Shown: positions 31,033 through 41,517, numbered from the stretch's first letter. The stretch: 64,000 nucleotides of DNA from an uncultured Alphaproteobacteria bacterium (GCA_963774775.1 CAVZGZ010000020.1:43889-107888); one strand, 5' to 3'. Notes: generated by a model from the letters alone, not told the origin. A program made the numbers and translations.

Positions 31033-32109
31033 ATGTGGCCAGATCGCCGAATTATCGACCTCTTCAAGACCGAATTCCCGATCGTGCTGGCGCCGATGGC
31101 CGGGATCATGGACGCTGAACTGGTGATCGCTGCCGCCCAGGGCGGGGCGCTCGGCTCGCTGCCCAGCGCGATGCTTTCCGCAGAGAAGGCGCGCGAGCAG
31201 ATCAACATCATCCGCCAGCGGGTCTCCGCGCCGGTCAATATGAACTTCTTCTGCCATAAGCCGGTCGAGGTGGACGCCACGCGCGAGGCTGGATGGAAGC
31301 AGCGGCTCGCGCATTACTACGGGGAATTGAGCCTCGATCCCGCAGCGCCCGTCAATGCAGCCAACCGTGCGCCGTTCGACGAGGCGATGTGCGCTCTTGT
31401 CGAGGAGCTGAAGCCGGAGGTCGTCAGCTTCCATTTCGGCCTGCCGGACCAAGCGCTGCTCAGGCGCGTCAAGGCAGCTGGTTGCATCGTAATGTCGTCG
31501 GCGACCATCGTGCGCGAAGCGATCTGGCTGGAAGAGAACGGCGCTGATGTCATCATCGCGCAAGGCGCGGAGGCCGGCGGCCATCGCGGCATGTTCCTGA
31601 CCGACAACATTGCCGAGCAGCCCGGCACCTTCGCACTGGTGCCGCAGGTGGTCGATGCGGTGAAGGTGCCGGTGATCGCGGCCGGCGGCATCGCCGACGG
31701 GCGCGGTATTGCGGCGGCCTTCGCACTGGGGGCATCCGGCGTGCAGATCGGGACAGCCTATCTGCGCTGCCCGGAATCCAAGGTGATCGCGCCGGCGCGG
31801 GCGATGCTGGCGCAGGCGCGGGACGATTCTACCGTCATTACCAATGTCATGACCGGGCGTCCCGCGCGCGGCGTCGCCAACCGCGTGATGCGCGAGGTCG
31901 GCCCGATCTCGCCGGATGCGCCTGATTTTCCGCATGCCGCGACTGCGCTTGGACCGTTGAAGGCGGCGGCCGAAAAGCTCGGCAAGGTCGATTTCACCAA
32001 CCTCTGGGCCGGGCAGGCGGTGCGAATGGGCCGCGAAATGCCCGCCGCCGAGCTGACCCGGGCGCTGGCGGGGGCCGCGCTGGCGCGGCTGAGCAGGATG
32101 GCGGGCTGA
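31033..32109 (+). CDS. nitronate monooxygenase family flavoprotein
   Basis: [41 protein letters not shown]. Confidence 0.92.
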   Translation: MWPDRRIIDLFKTEFPIVLAPMAGIMDAELVIAAAQGGALGSLPSAMLSAEKAREQINIIRQRVSAPVNMNFFCHKPVEVDATREAGWKQRLAHYYGELSLDPAAPVNAANRAPFDEAMCALVEELKPEVVSFHFGLPDQALLRRVKAAGCIVMSSATIVREAIWLEENGADVIIAQGAEAGGHRGMFLTDNIAEQPGTFALVPQVVDAVKVPVIAAGGIADGRGIAAAFALGASGVQIGTAYLRCPESKVIAPARAMLAQARDDSTVITNVMTGRPARGVANRVMREVGPISPDAPDFPHAATALGPLKAAAEKLGKVDFTNLWAGQAVRMGREMPAAELTRALAGAALARLSRMAG

Positions 32110-32200
32110 TAAGCCGCTGATAAGCCTTGGCCGCGGTTGCGGCGCAAAAGCGGCCTCTGCTATACGGCAGGCTGATTTTCGGCAGCCAAGGCCCTATATT

Positions 32201-32488
32201 ATGTCCGTTGACGCCACGACCGTCCGCCGTATCGCGCATCTGGCGCGGATTGCGGTATCTGAGGCCGAAGTTCCCCATCTGCAGGGCGAGCTGAACGCGA
32301 TGCTGGCCTTTGTCGAGCAGCTCTCGGAAGTGAACGTCGACGGCGTTGAACCGATGACCTCGGTGACCCCGATGGACATGAAGAAGCGCGCCGACGTGGT
32401 CACCGACGGCGAAATCGCCGATGATATCGTGAGCAATGCGCCGGAAACGCAAAATCATTTCTTCCTGGTGCCGAAGGTTGTCGAGTAA
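32201..32488 (+). CDS. gatC: Asp/Glu-tRNA amidotransferase subunit C
   Basis: [29 protein letters not shown]. Confidence 0.96.
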   Translation: MSVDATTVRRIAHLARIAVSEAEVPHLQGELNAMLAFVEQLSEVNVDGVEPMTSVTPMDMKKRADVVTDGEIADDIVSNAPETQNHFFLVPKVVE

Positions 32489-32517
32489 CCTGTGTTCTGA
32501 TCGAGATCGGAAATCCG

Positions 32518-32730
32518 ATGTGTCTGCTCTGCGACGATGAGAAGGCCTATCAGGCCTACATGAACTACCTCGACGCGATGGAGCGGCAGGGCAAGGCCGC
32601 CGATCCCGACAAGGCGATGGATGCCGTGCTCGATGCGCTCGAGGCCAACGAGCGGACGCGTCCCAAACAAAACGATCCCGCCAACGACAAGACCCTGTCT
32701 CCGTTCTTCTGCAGCCCGATCAATAAATGA
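32518..32730 (+). CDS. small hypothetical protein with N-terminal CxxC
   Basis: [15 protein letters not shown]...PFFCSPINK; ATGA overlap with gatA start. Confidence 0.7.
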   Translation: MCLLCDDEKAYQAYMNYLDAMERQGKAADPDKAMDAVLDALEANERTRPKQNDPANDKTLSPFFCSPINK

Positions 32731-34199
32731 CCCCGTTGACATCGATGACGATCGCCGAGGCCAGGGATGGTCTCGCGAACAAGTCCTTTACTTCCCTTGA
32801 GCTGACCGACGCGCATCTCGCCGCGATCGAGGCGGCGCGCTCGCTCAATGCATTCATCCTGGAGACGCCGGATCAGGCCCGCGCCATGGCGCGTGCGGTG
32901 GACGCGAAGATCGCCAAAGGCGAGGGCGGCCCGCTCGCCGGCATTCCGCTGGGGATCAAGGACCTGTTCGCTACAAAGGATGTGCGCACGACCGCGTGCT
33001 CAAAAATCCTCGGCAATTTCGTGCCGCCCTACGAGTCGACCGTGACCTCGCAGCTCTGGCGCGATGGCGCTGTCATGCTGGGCAAGCTCAACAACGACGA
33101 ATTCGCGATGGGCTCCTCGAACGAGACTTCGTGCTTCGGCCCGGTGGTCAATCCGTGGCGGCGCGAGGGCTCCAACACCGCGCTGGTGCCGGGCGGCTCG
33201 TCCGGCGGCTCGGCGTCGGCCGTCGCCGCACAGCTCTGCATGGGCGCGACCGCGACCGACACCGGCGGCTCGATCCGCCAGCCGGCGGCGTTCACCGCAA
33301 CCGTCGGCGTCAAGCCGACCTACGGCCGTTGCTCGCGCTGGGGCATCGTCGCCTTTGCGTCTTCGCTGGATCAGGCAGGTCCGATCGCGCGCACCGTGCG
33401 CGATAGCGCGATCCTGATGCGCTCGATGGCGGGACACGACCCGAAGGACACCACTTCGGTCGATCGTGCGGTGCCGGACTACGAGGCGTCGATCGGAAAG
33501 TCCGTGAAGGGCATGAAGATCGGCATTCCCAAGGAATATCGCCTCGACGGCATGCCGGCGGAAATCGAAAAGCTCTGGAGCGAGGGCGCGGCGTGGCTCA
33601 AGGCCGCCGGCGCCGAACTCGTCGAAGTGTCGCTGCCGCACACAAAGTACGCGCTGCCGGCCTATTACATCGTGGCGCCCGCGGAAGCCTCGTCCAATCT
33701 GGCGCGCTATGACGGCGTGCGCTACGGGCTGCGCGTGCCCGGGCGTTCGATCGGCGAGTTGTACGAGAACACCCGCGCCGAAGGGTTTGGCGCCGAAGTC
33801 CGCCGCCGCGTCATGATCGGCACCTACGTGCTCTCGGCCGGCTATTACGACGCGTATTATCTGCGCGCGCAGAAGGTGCGTACGCTGATCAAGAAAGACT
33901 TTGAGGATTGTTTTGCCAAGGGCGTCCACGCCATCCTGACGCCGGCAACGCCGTCGGCGGCGTTCGGCGTCGGCGAAAAGGGCGCCGATCCGGTCGAGAT
34001 GTACCTCAACGACATCTTCACGGTGACCGTGAACATGGCGGGCCTGCCGGGCATCGCGGTCCCCGCCGGCAAGGACAGCCAGGGGCTGCCGCTCGGCCTG
34101 CAACTGATCGGCCGTCCGTTCGACGAGGAGACGCTGTTCTCGCTCGGCGAAGTGGTCGAGCAGGCGGCCGGACGGTTCACGCCCGCGAGGTGGTGGTGA
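32727..34199 (+). CDS. gatA: Asp/Glu-tRNA amidotransferase subunit A
   Basis: [47 protein letters not shown]. Confidence 0.97.
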   Translation: MTPLTSMTIAEARDGLANKSFTSLELTDAHLAAIEAARSLNAFILETPDQARAMARAVDAKIAKGEGGPLAGIPLGIKDLFATKDVRTTACSKILGNFVPPYESTVTSQLWRDGAVMLGKLNNDEFAMGSSNETSCFGPVVNPWRREGSNTALVPGGSSGGSASAVAAQLCMGATATDTGGSIRQPAAFTATVGVKPTYGRCSRWGIVAFASSLDQAGPIARTVRDSAILMRSMAGHDPKDTTSVDRAVPDYEASIGKSVKGMKIGIPKEYRLDGMPAEIEKLWSEGAAWLKAAGAELVEVSLPHTKYALPAYYIVAPAEASSNLARYDGVRYGLRVPGRSIGELYENTRAEGFGAEVRRRVMIGTYVLSAGYYDAYYLRAQKVRTLIKKDFEDCFAKGVHAILTPATPSAAFGVGEKGADPVEMYLNDIFTVTVNMAGLPGIAVPAGKDSQGLPLGLQLIGRPFDEETLFSLGEVVEQAAGRFTPARWW

Positions 34200-34492
34200 G
34201 ACTGGCGGATTTCAAAGCCAGCCTCTCGGGCGCAACTCCGGCGCCGGATGTTGATGCGCCGCTCGCCGCGCTCTGGTGGGCCGCGAAAGGCAAGTGGGAC
34301 GACGCGCACAAGATCGTGCAGGACGAGAGTGACGCCAACTCCGCCTGGGTCCACGCCTATCTGCACCGCGTCGAAGGCGATCTCGGCAATGCCGGCTATT
34401 GGTACCGCCAGGCCGGCCAGCCGGTGGCGAAGGATTCGCTCGAGGCCGAGTGGGAGCGGATCGTGTCCGCGCTGCTCGGTTCGCCACATTAA
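34196..34492 (+). CDS. hypothetical protein
   Basis: GTG overlapping the gatA stop; WDDAHKIVQ...[24 protein letters not shown]. Confidence 0.8.
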   Translation: MRLADFKASLSGATPAPDVDAPLAALWWAAKGKWDDAHKIVQDESDANSAWVHAYLHRVEGDLGNAGYWYRQAGQPVAKDSLEAEWERIVSALLGSPH

Positions 34493-34602
34493 CCCTGTTT
34501 GGGCACCCTGTACGCGGCCATGCCGCCGCCACCTTCTCCCGTGATAGGTTAGTGACGGCGGTGGGGCCTCCAGTGAGTATGCTTAGCGTGTGGGCGTCGA
34601 AT

Positions 34603-35985
34603 ATGCGGGCGTGGATTCCGGTCGTCGTGGTGGTCGCGTTGGCGGCGGTGCTGGCGGGATGTGCGACGGTCTACAATTTGCCGGGCAACGTTCCGCTCGG
34701 CGAAGCGCTGGCCGACAATGAAGTTGGGCGAGAAGTTCAGACTTACGCCGACGATGTACTGCTGGGGTTGTCGTTCTCCGGCGGCGGCATGCGTGCCGCG
34801 GCTTTCTCCTTTGGGGTGCTGACCGAACTCGATCGTTCTCGCGTCGGGTCCGATCATGCGAAAACGCTGCTTGACCGGGTGGACTTCGTGTCCGGCGTCT
34901 CCGGCGGATCGGTTACGGCGGCCTATTTTGGCCTCAAGCAGCGCGCGGCGATTGAGGATTTTCGCGAGCGTTTCCTGCTGCGGAACGCCGAGGAAGGTCT
35001 CAATACCCGTGTTTCGCTTGGCAACATCGGGCGCGCACTCGGTGGCGGCGTCAACGACAGCCAGTTTACCGACTGGCTCGATCGAAACCTGTTCGATGGC
35101 GCGCGGTTCGATACGTTTCGCGAAGAGCGGCGCCCGCGGGTCTGGATCAATGCGTCCGACATCTACAACCGCACGCCATTCGTGTTCGGGAAGACCGCCT
35201 TCGACGCGCTGTGCAGCGATATCCGGTCGTATCGCATCGCGGAGGCGGTCGCAGCGTCCGCGGCGGTACCGCTTGCCTTTGCGCCGATCGTGCTCGAGAC
35301 CTATCCCGGCGGCTGCGCAACGCAACTGCCGCCCTGGATCGAACGTGCACGCCACGATCCGAATGCGCAGCCTTTGTTGCGGTCGTTTGCGGAAGCCACC
35401 GCCCGCTATCACGATGGCTCGATGCGCTATGTGAAGCTGCTCGACGGCGGCCTCGTGGACAATTATGGCCTGTCCGGTTTCAGCATCGCGATGCTCGCGG
35501 CGCAGCGCCCGTTCGAGCCGATGAACGAGCGGCAGGCCGTGAAGGTGCGGCGGATCATGATCCTTGTCGTCGATGCCGGGCGGGGTATCTCCGGCGACTT
35601 CGCGCAGCGGGTCGAGGGGCCCAGCGGCGTTGAACTGGTGTCGGCGGCAGCCGACACCGCGATCGATGCCGGCGTGCGATCGAGTTACGCGGCATTCACC
35701 GGCCTGGCCAATGACTGGGTCGGGAAGGTCAAACGATGGCGATGCGGCCTGTCGACGGCGGACCGTGTCCGTCTCGGCGTCGGCAACAACTGGCGCTGCA
35801 ACGATGTCAATTTCTTCATCGATCGGGTGAATTTCGAGCAGCTTGGGCCTGCGCGTGCCGGCATCCTCAATACGATCCCGACGCGGTTCTCGCTGCCGGC
35901 GGACCAGGTCGATCTCCTGATCGAAGGCGGCGCCGACGCGCTGCGCCAGAGCAAGTCCTACCAGGCGTTTCGCCGCGGGCTTTGA
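34603..35985 (+). CDS. patatin-like phospholipase, lipoprotein
   Basis: Lipobox LAGC, SGGGMRAA, GVSGGS nucleophile elbow, AVAASAAVP, LLDGG. Confidence 0.88.
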   Translation: MRAWIPVVVVVALAAVLAGCATVYNLPGNVPLGEALADNEVGREVQTYADDVLLGLSFSGGGMRAAAFSFGVLTELDRSRVGSDHAKTLLDRVDFVSGVSGGSVTAAYFGLKQRAAIEDFRERFLLRNAEEGLNTRVSLGNIGRALGGGVNDSQFTDWLDRNLFDGARFDTFREERRPRVWINASDIYNRTPFVFGKTAFDALCSDIRSYRIAEAVAASAAVPLAFAPIVLETYPGGCATQLPPWIERARHDPNAQPLLRSFAEATARYHDGSMRYVKLLDGGLVDNYGLSGFSIAMLAAQRPFEPMNERQAVKVRRIMILVVDAGRGISGDFAQRVEGPSGVELVSAAADTAIDAGVRSSYAAFTGLANDWVGKVKRWRCGLSTADRVRLGVGNNWRCNDVNFFIDRVNFEQLGPARAGILNTIPTRFSLPADQVDLLIEGGADALRQSKSYQAFRRGL

Positions 35986-36112
35986 CCACGGGGGCGGCTT
36001 CTGACCACCAGAATGTCGATTTCTTCGGCTTGACTGGCGCCAGCCGTTGCGCGAAGCCCAAATCCTCCCATATTTTGCCATCCCACATTTGAATGGTTCG
36101 GAAGCCGCATCG

Positions 36113-37598
36113 ATGAACGTGTCAGTCACACCGCACAAGCTGATCAAGGGCTCAACCGGCGACTGGGAAGTCGTGATCGGCCTGGAGATCCACGCCCAGG
36201 TCAGCTCGAACTCAAAGCTGTTCTCGGGCGCTTCGACCGAATTCGGCGGCGAGCCGAACACCCACGTCTCGCTGGTCGATGCGGCGATGCCGGGCATGCT
36301 GCCCGTGATCAACGAGGAATGCGTGCTGCAGGCGGTACTGACCGGACTTGGCCTCAACGCGCAGATCAACCTGCGCTCGGTGTTCGACCGCAAGAACTAT
36401 TTCTATCCGGATCTCGCCGCAGGGCTACCAGATCAGCCAGTACAAGTCGCCTATCGTTGGCGAAGGCGAGGTCACGGTCGAACTCGACGGCGGCAGGACC
36501 GCCACCATCGGCATCGAGCGGCTGCATCTGGAGCAGGATGCCGGCAAATTGCTGCACGATCAGTCACCCACCATGTCCTATGTCGATCTCAACCGGTGCG
36601 GCGTGGCGCTGATGGAGATCGTTTCCAAGCCGGACATCCGCGACGCCGAGCAGGCCAAGGCCTATGTGACAAAACTGCGCTCGATCCTGCGCTATCTCGG
36701 CACCTGCGACGGCGACATGGAGAAGGGCTCCTTGCGCGCCGACGTCAACGTCTCCGTGCGCAAGCCCGGTGGCCCGCTCGGCACGCGCTGCGAGATCAAG
36801 AACATGAACTCGGTCAACTTCATCGGCCAGGCGATCGAGTATGAAGCGCGGCGCCAGATCGAGATCATCGAAGACGGCGGCTCGATCGATCAGGAAACCC
36901 GGCTGTTCGACCCCAACAAGGGCGAAACGCGCTCGATGCGCTCCAAGGAAGAGGCGCATGACTATCGCTACTTCCCCGATCCCGATCTGCTGCCGCTCGA
37001 ATTCAGCCAGAGCTTCGTCGACGAGCTGAAGACCAAGCTGCCGGAACTGCCGGACCAGAAGAAGGCGCGTTTCATCACGGGCTTTGGACTGTCTCCCTAC
37101 GACGCCGGCGTGCTGGTGGCCGAGCGCGAGAGTGCGGAGTTCTATGAAACGGTGCTGGCAAAGCTTGCCGACAAGGCCCGCGACGGCAAGCTTGCCGCCA
37201 ATTGGGTCATCAACGAATTGTTCGGGCGCCTCAACAAGGAAGGCCGGGATATTGCGGGCTCTCCGGTGTCGGCCGAACAGCTTGCGGCGATCGTCGATCT
37301 GATCGGCGAGGGCACGATCTCCGGAAAGATAGCAAAGGATTTGTTCGAGATCGTCTGGCAGGACGGCGGCGACCCACGCGCGCTGGTCGAAGCGCGCGGC
37401 ATGAAACAGGTCACCGACCTCGGCGCGATCGAGAAGGTCGTCGACGACATCATCGCGGCCAACCCTGATAAGGTCGAGCAGGCCAAGGCGAAGCCGCAAC
37501 TCGTCGGCTGGTTCGTCGGCCAGGTGATGAAGTCATCCGGCGGCAAGGCCAACCCGCAGGCCGTGAACGATCTCTTGAAGTCGAAGCTCGGCATCTGA
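36113..37598 (+). CDS. gatB: Asp/Glu-tRNA amidotransferase subunit B; frameshift near 36418
   Basis: [54 protein letters not shown]. Confidence 0.96.
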
Positions 37599-37609
37599 AC
37601 ACGCGCGCG

Positions 37610-37642
37610 CGAGGTGACGAAGACATCGTCTCCGTCACCTCG
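37610..37642 (+). terminator. hairpin after gatB
   Basis: CGAGGTGACG...CGTCACCTCG stem; no clear U tract. Confidence 0.4.
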
Positions 37643-38166
37643 ATCGACCGACGCGAGTACGCTTCGCGCGTCGATCGCGAGCTGGAATTCATCGCCCCAA
37701 CCGAAACCGCGCCAGCGAATCGGGTACCGGCGATTCGTCCAAAATTTCGGTTTTGGCGAGCGCTGAGGCGACGTTTGCGCCTTAACCACGAAAATTTTTT
37801 TATTGCCAAAGTCGGCGACTCAGAGTCCGCGCAAGCGGCTTTTGAGCGGCGGCGATGAGTCGCGACGACGCCGATCGCGCATTGCGCGCGACAAGCGTGA
37901 ATCACGAAAACAACTGCAGCGCAGGCATTTCCTGCAATATTGACAAATGCCGATGTCGGTCGTTGCTGCACTTTTTGCATCACTGCGCGAACGCGCTGTC
38001 GTGCTGTCGCGCATCGCGCACTGCGCGCTCTCGCTTCGCGTCGTCAACACTTCCTTAAGCGGGACGCTGTTTTTTCCAATGTGTTGGTGTATTCGGGATG
38101 AAGTGCATTTCGATTCCCGAGTGCACGCAGCGAACTCAAGCCATCTCACTTACATTGGAGGGCAAC

Positions 38167-38259
38167 ATGGCGAAGAAAGCTAAGAAGGCAAAGAAGGCGA
38201 AGAGCGCAGTGAAGAAGACTGCGAAGAAGACCCGCAAGGTCGCGAAGAAGAAGAAGTAA
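38167..38259 (+). CDS. 30-aa Lys/Ala-rich, histone H1-like microprotein (absent from ORF track)
   Basis: GGAGGG RBS, ATG; MAKKAKKAKKAKSAVKKTAKKTRKVAKKKK*; 16 Lys plus 1 Arg, no acidic residue. Confidence 0.75.
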   Translation: MAKKAKKAKKAKSAVKKTAKKTRKVAKKKK

Positions 38260-38560
38260 CTCTCGCTTCTCGAGAGGATTGCCGGCGGCTTGATGCCGGC
38301 ACGTCACAAGAGCCTCAGGATGATTTGCCCAGAAGGCAGATCCCAATCGGAAGGCTCTGTCGACGAAAGAGGGTGTCGGCGAGACATCAGGTCAAACGGC
38401 TGGATCGCATTTCGGAAAAGAGCTCGCTCTCTCCAAAACCGATCCGGCAGAAGAAACAGGTTTTCTTCGTTCGGTGCGGATCTCCTCAAGGGCTCCGCAG
38501 TTTCACCGGGGCGAAAGCTCCAGAGTGAAATCTGGTCCTGACGTGTTCGCCGACGCCCTC
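38260..38560 (+). ncRNA. candidate large structured RNA downstream of the Lys-rich peptide
   Basis: Long-range stem 38369-38393 / 38533-38560 enclosing four hairpins (one GAAA-capped), preceded by three more hairpins; no credible ORF; strand inferred from G-U pairs and the GNRA loop. Confidence 0.6.
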
Positions 38561-38820
38561 GTTCCAGCAGCCCGCGCATTGGCGCAAGCTCCTGTTTTTA
38601 GCGCCGGCTTTTGAATTTCCAAATCCCGATATCGTTGTCTTGATCGAGCGCCGCCGGCCTTGTGGCCGTGCAGGCGTTTGCCTGCAATGGTTATCGTTGT
38701 CCGAAATCCCAGGGTAAACCGAATTTCACGATTGCAGGCTTATGCCTGCGCCGCAGCCACTTCTGCGATTCCGGGCTCGTTCCAGGGGCCCGCAGATTTA
38801 CACCCCGTTCATCGCGATAC

Positions 38821-38835
38821 TTAAACTACCCTTCA
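38821..38835 (+). promoter_or_regulatory. CtrA-like box
   Basis: TTAA-N7-TTCA upstream of the Sel1-like gene. Confidence 0.35.
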
Positions 38836-38962
38836 AATTTGTTCGGCCATGATCATCCCAACAAGCCGGCAAACGGTGTTGGGAAATAACAGGCGTTTTT
38901 GAACAGTGGACGGGGGCCGCGCTCGGGGGAGGGCGGCCAACAACAAAAAGGGGAGTTACAAG

Positions 38963-39229
38963 ATGTTTCAGGGGCAATTTGATCTGGAAACGGCAATGCC
39001 GGTGGAAGCGACTGCCATTCCGGACGTGCTGTTCGAGCGCGGCCTGTACTGGGCGAGCGGCCGTTCCGGCGTGGTCAATCTCGTCGCGGCCCACAAATGG
39101 TTCAACCTGGCGGCGCTGAAAGGCCGCGTGGATGCCATTGCCATGCGCCGCGAAGTGGCCGAGCTGATGTCGGATATCGAAATCGCAACCGCCCAGCGCG
39201 AAGCGCGCGCCTGGATGACGGCGCATTGA
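38963..39229 (+). CDS. small Sel1-repeat-like protein
   Basis: LFERGLYWASGRSGVVNLVAAHKWFNLAALKG...EIATAQREARAW; RBS GGGGAG. Confidence 0.85.
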   Translation: MFQGQFDLETAMPVEATAIPDVLFERGLYWASGRSGVVNLVAAHKWFNLAALKGRVDAIAMRREVAELMSDIEIATAQREARAWMTAH

Positions 39230-39432
39230 TGCGACCAACGGCAACTCGCGACGCTTGCCTGATGGAACTCAGGCGAGCAGATCCGCGCCGGCCGGCGTGA
39301 ATTTCACGAGATGCCGGATTCGATCGCCCCGGAATGCCGCCGATGTGAATGATCGTGAAGTCGCTACCGATTGGGGCGGCGTGGCCTGAACCTTAGGTAA
39401 GGCCACGGAGCAGGTCGATCGGAGAATATGCA

Positions 39433-39675
39433 ATGCGTTCAATCCTGGCCTTGAGCCTTTTGATCACCCTTGGTGCCTCTGCTAATGCCGCTACGGTGCA
39501 TCACGCGCACCACCGGCATGCCGTTGTTCCTTCCAGCCAGGGCCTCGTCTCGGATCCCGCTTCGAGTTTTGGTTACGCACCAGCTAGGCCGCCGGTCTAC
39601 CAGCAGCCGGCTCCGGCATACTCAGACCAACCAGATCCAACAGTCGATTGGCCCTACAGGAACTGGGGCGGTTGA
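39433..39675 (+). CDS. small secreted His/Pro-rich hypothetical protein
   Basis: MRSILALSLLITLGASANAA signal peptide, HHAHHRH; RBS GGAGA. Confidence 0.75.
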   Translation: MRSILALSLLITLGASANAATVHHAHHRHAVVPSSQGLVSDPASSFGYAPARPPVYQQPAPAYSDQPDPTVDWPYRNWGG

Positions 39676-39772
39676 TGCGGACAAAGGATGTAGCTGCGTC
39701 CTTGTCTGTCTGCGTTTATCGTAGCGACGCGTGCGGTGGCGGCGGAATGCCCCATCGCACCGGGATCACTTC

Positions 39773-39871
39773 CGGGCGACGTCAGGTCCGGCACGACGGC
39801 CGGCCGCCGTGTCGAGCGCGGCGACCAGGACCGGGCACGTGAACCAATACCGGCACGGGTTGCGTGCCAGC
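39773..39871 (-). pseudogene. decayed remnant of the 3' end of the AAA ATPase gene
   Basis: GTCAGGTCCGGCACGA, GCCGGCCGCCG.GTCGAGCGCG.CGACCAGGACCGGG and GCGTGCCAGC match 43441-43601 with deletions. Confidence 0.7.
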
Positions 39872-39954
39872 CCTCATGGCGTGGGAAAATGCCTGCGGGC
39901 CCGCCCACGATATCGATTGCACCACCTTCGGCGGCCAACGGCAGCATCGTGTAA

Positions 39955-41517
39955 TTATCGACGAGACGAAAGGTCGAGCGCGCTCGTCAGGTCACCCAAC
40001 GGCGCCTGGTTGGCGGACGCAATCGCCTGATCTCGCACCGTGATGCCACGAAGGGTCGGCAGCTCGAAGCGGCGGGTGATGAAGCGAAGAATCGACGTCG
40101 TATCCATTGGCGTGTGATCGACGAACCCGCGGCGCGCGAACGGCGACACAATGATCGCGGGAATGCGGCTGCCCGGCCCCCAGCGGTCGCCCTTCGGTGG
40201 GGCAACATGATCCCAGATGCCGCCGTTCTCGTCATAGGTCACCACGACCAGCATGTGAGGCCATTGCGGGCTTTTCTCGAGATGGGCGATGACGTCGGCG
40301 ATGTGACGATCGCCGGCCTCTACATCGGTGTAGCCGGCATGCTCGTTGAGATTGCCCTGCGGTTTGTAGAACGCCACCTGCGGCAGCGCGCCCGCATCAA
40401 TCGCCTTGATGAACTCGACGCCGGCGAGGCCGCCGTCGCGCAGATGCTCTGCGCGCGCCGCTGTTCCCGGCGCGAAGCTCACGTAATAATTCAATGGCGA
40501 GTGATGAAACTGAAAGTTGGGCACCGGGGATTTGTAGCCGTGGTCGAGCACCTCCTGCCAGGCGCCGCTGTACCAGGCCCAGCTGACGCGCTTGAGGCTC
40601 AGGAGATCGCCGATGGTCGGCTCGCTCTGCGGCGGCAGTGTGGTCGGCTGCTTGGGATCGGCGGTGGTCGGATCGGCCTTTTCGGCCGGCGAATTGCCGC
40701 TCGGCTGGTAAGGCGGCTGCATGGTGTTCACGGCATAGAAGTCGGGCGTGAGATTGCCGTCGCTGACGAACTTCGGAATCCCGTCCATCGCCGACTTCGG
40801 TGAGTTGGCGGCAATCTTCAGGGTGACGCCGTCAGGCTCGACCGCGGCGATGGAGGGCTTGGCCGGATTTTTGTCGGCATCCGGATAGAACGGCGCGCAG
40901 GCGCACACCAGCCATTGATGATTGAAGAAGGAGCCGCCGAAGGCGCCCATGAAGAAGTTGTCGGCCAGGGTGTAGGTTTGCGCGACCTTCCACATCGCGG
41001 TCCGCGAGCCATCCCACATCCCCATCACCATGGCGCCGGAGTCGGCGTAGGCCACGAACATGTCGTTCTTGCCGCCATTGATCTGCATCATATTCTGGTA
41101 ATAGCGGTGCCAGAGATCGTGGGTGATGGTCCCCAGCGGCAAATTGAATCCCTGGGGATCGTCGATGTCGTAGGGCCGGTTCGGCAGATGCTCGGTCTGC
41201 GCCTGGGTCACCGGCGGCGTCACGCCCTTGACGGTCATTCCATCCCAGACAGGCGGCAGTTCCTGCAACGGCGTGCCATCCCTGTCCCGCTGGACGAGCG
41301 CGGTGGGGGACGCATTCTGCAGGCCGTTGGCGCCGGGAAAGCGCCCAAACAGATTGTCGAAGCTGCGGTTCTCCGCATAGATCACGACCACGGTCTCGAT
41401 CTGCTTCAGGTCCTGCGAGGGATCGTCGTTGAAGCCGGCCGCATCGGCGGAACCGGCAGCGAAAGCCAGCGCCACGGCGGCAGCGCGCAAGATTGGCCGC
41501 ATTTTAATCCCTTCCAC
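39955..41517 (-). CDS. acpA: acid phosphatase, AcpA / phosphoesterase family
   Basis: VVIYAENRSFDNLFG, DLWHRYYQN, LADNFFMGAFGGSFFNH, TYDENGGIWDHVAPP, GPGSRIP; signal peptide (start may be 41502). Confidence 0.9.
   Translation of the reverse strand: MEGIKMRPILRAAAVALAFAAGSADAAGFNDDPSQDLKQIETVVVIYAENRSFDNLFGRFPGANGLQNASPTALVQRDRDGTPLQELPPVWDGMTVKGVTPPVTQAQTEHLPNRPYDIDDPQGFNLPLGTITHDLWHRYYQNMMQINGGKNDMFVAYADSGAMVMGMWDGSRTAMWKVAQTYTLADNFFMGAFGGSFFNHQWLVCACAPFYPDADKNPAKPSIAAVEPDGVTLKIAANSPKSAMDGIPKFVSDGNLTPDFYAVNTMQPPYQPSGNSPAEKADPTTADPKQPTTLPPQSEPTIGDLLSLKRVSWAWYSGAWQEVLDHGYKSPVPNFQFHHSPLNYYVSFAPGTAARAEHLRDGGLAGVEFIKAIDAGALPQVAFYKPQGNLNEHAGYTDVEAGDRHIADVIAHLEKSPQWPHMLVVVTYDENGGIWDHVAPPKGDRWGPGSRIPAIIVSPFARRGFVDHTPMDTTSILRFITRRFELPTLRGITVRDQAIASANQAPLGDLTSALDLSSRR

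Noticed and set aside
36400-36430. Programmed ribosomal frameshift in gatB (and likewise dapA, rnr)
   Set aside because: No shared slippery heptamer or stimulatory structure; scattered indels across unrelated genes fit sequencing error better.
39781-39791. GTCAGGTCCGG resembling the SRP RNA core
   Set aside because: Not followed by AAGGAAGCAGC; explained as part of the ATPase 3' remnant.
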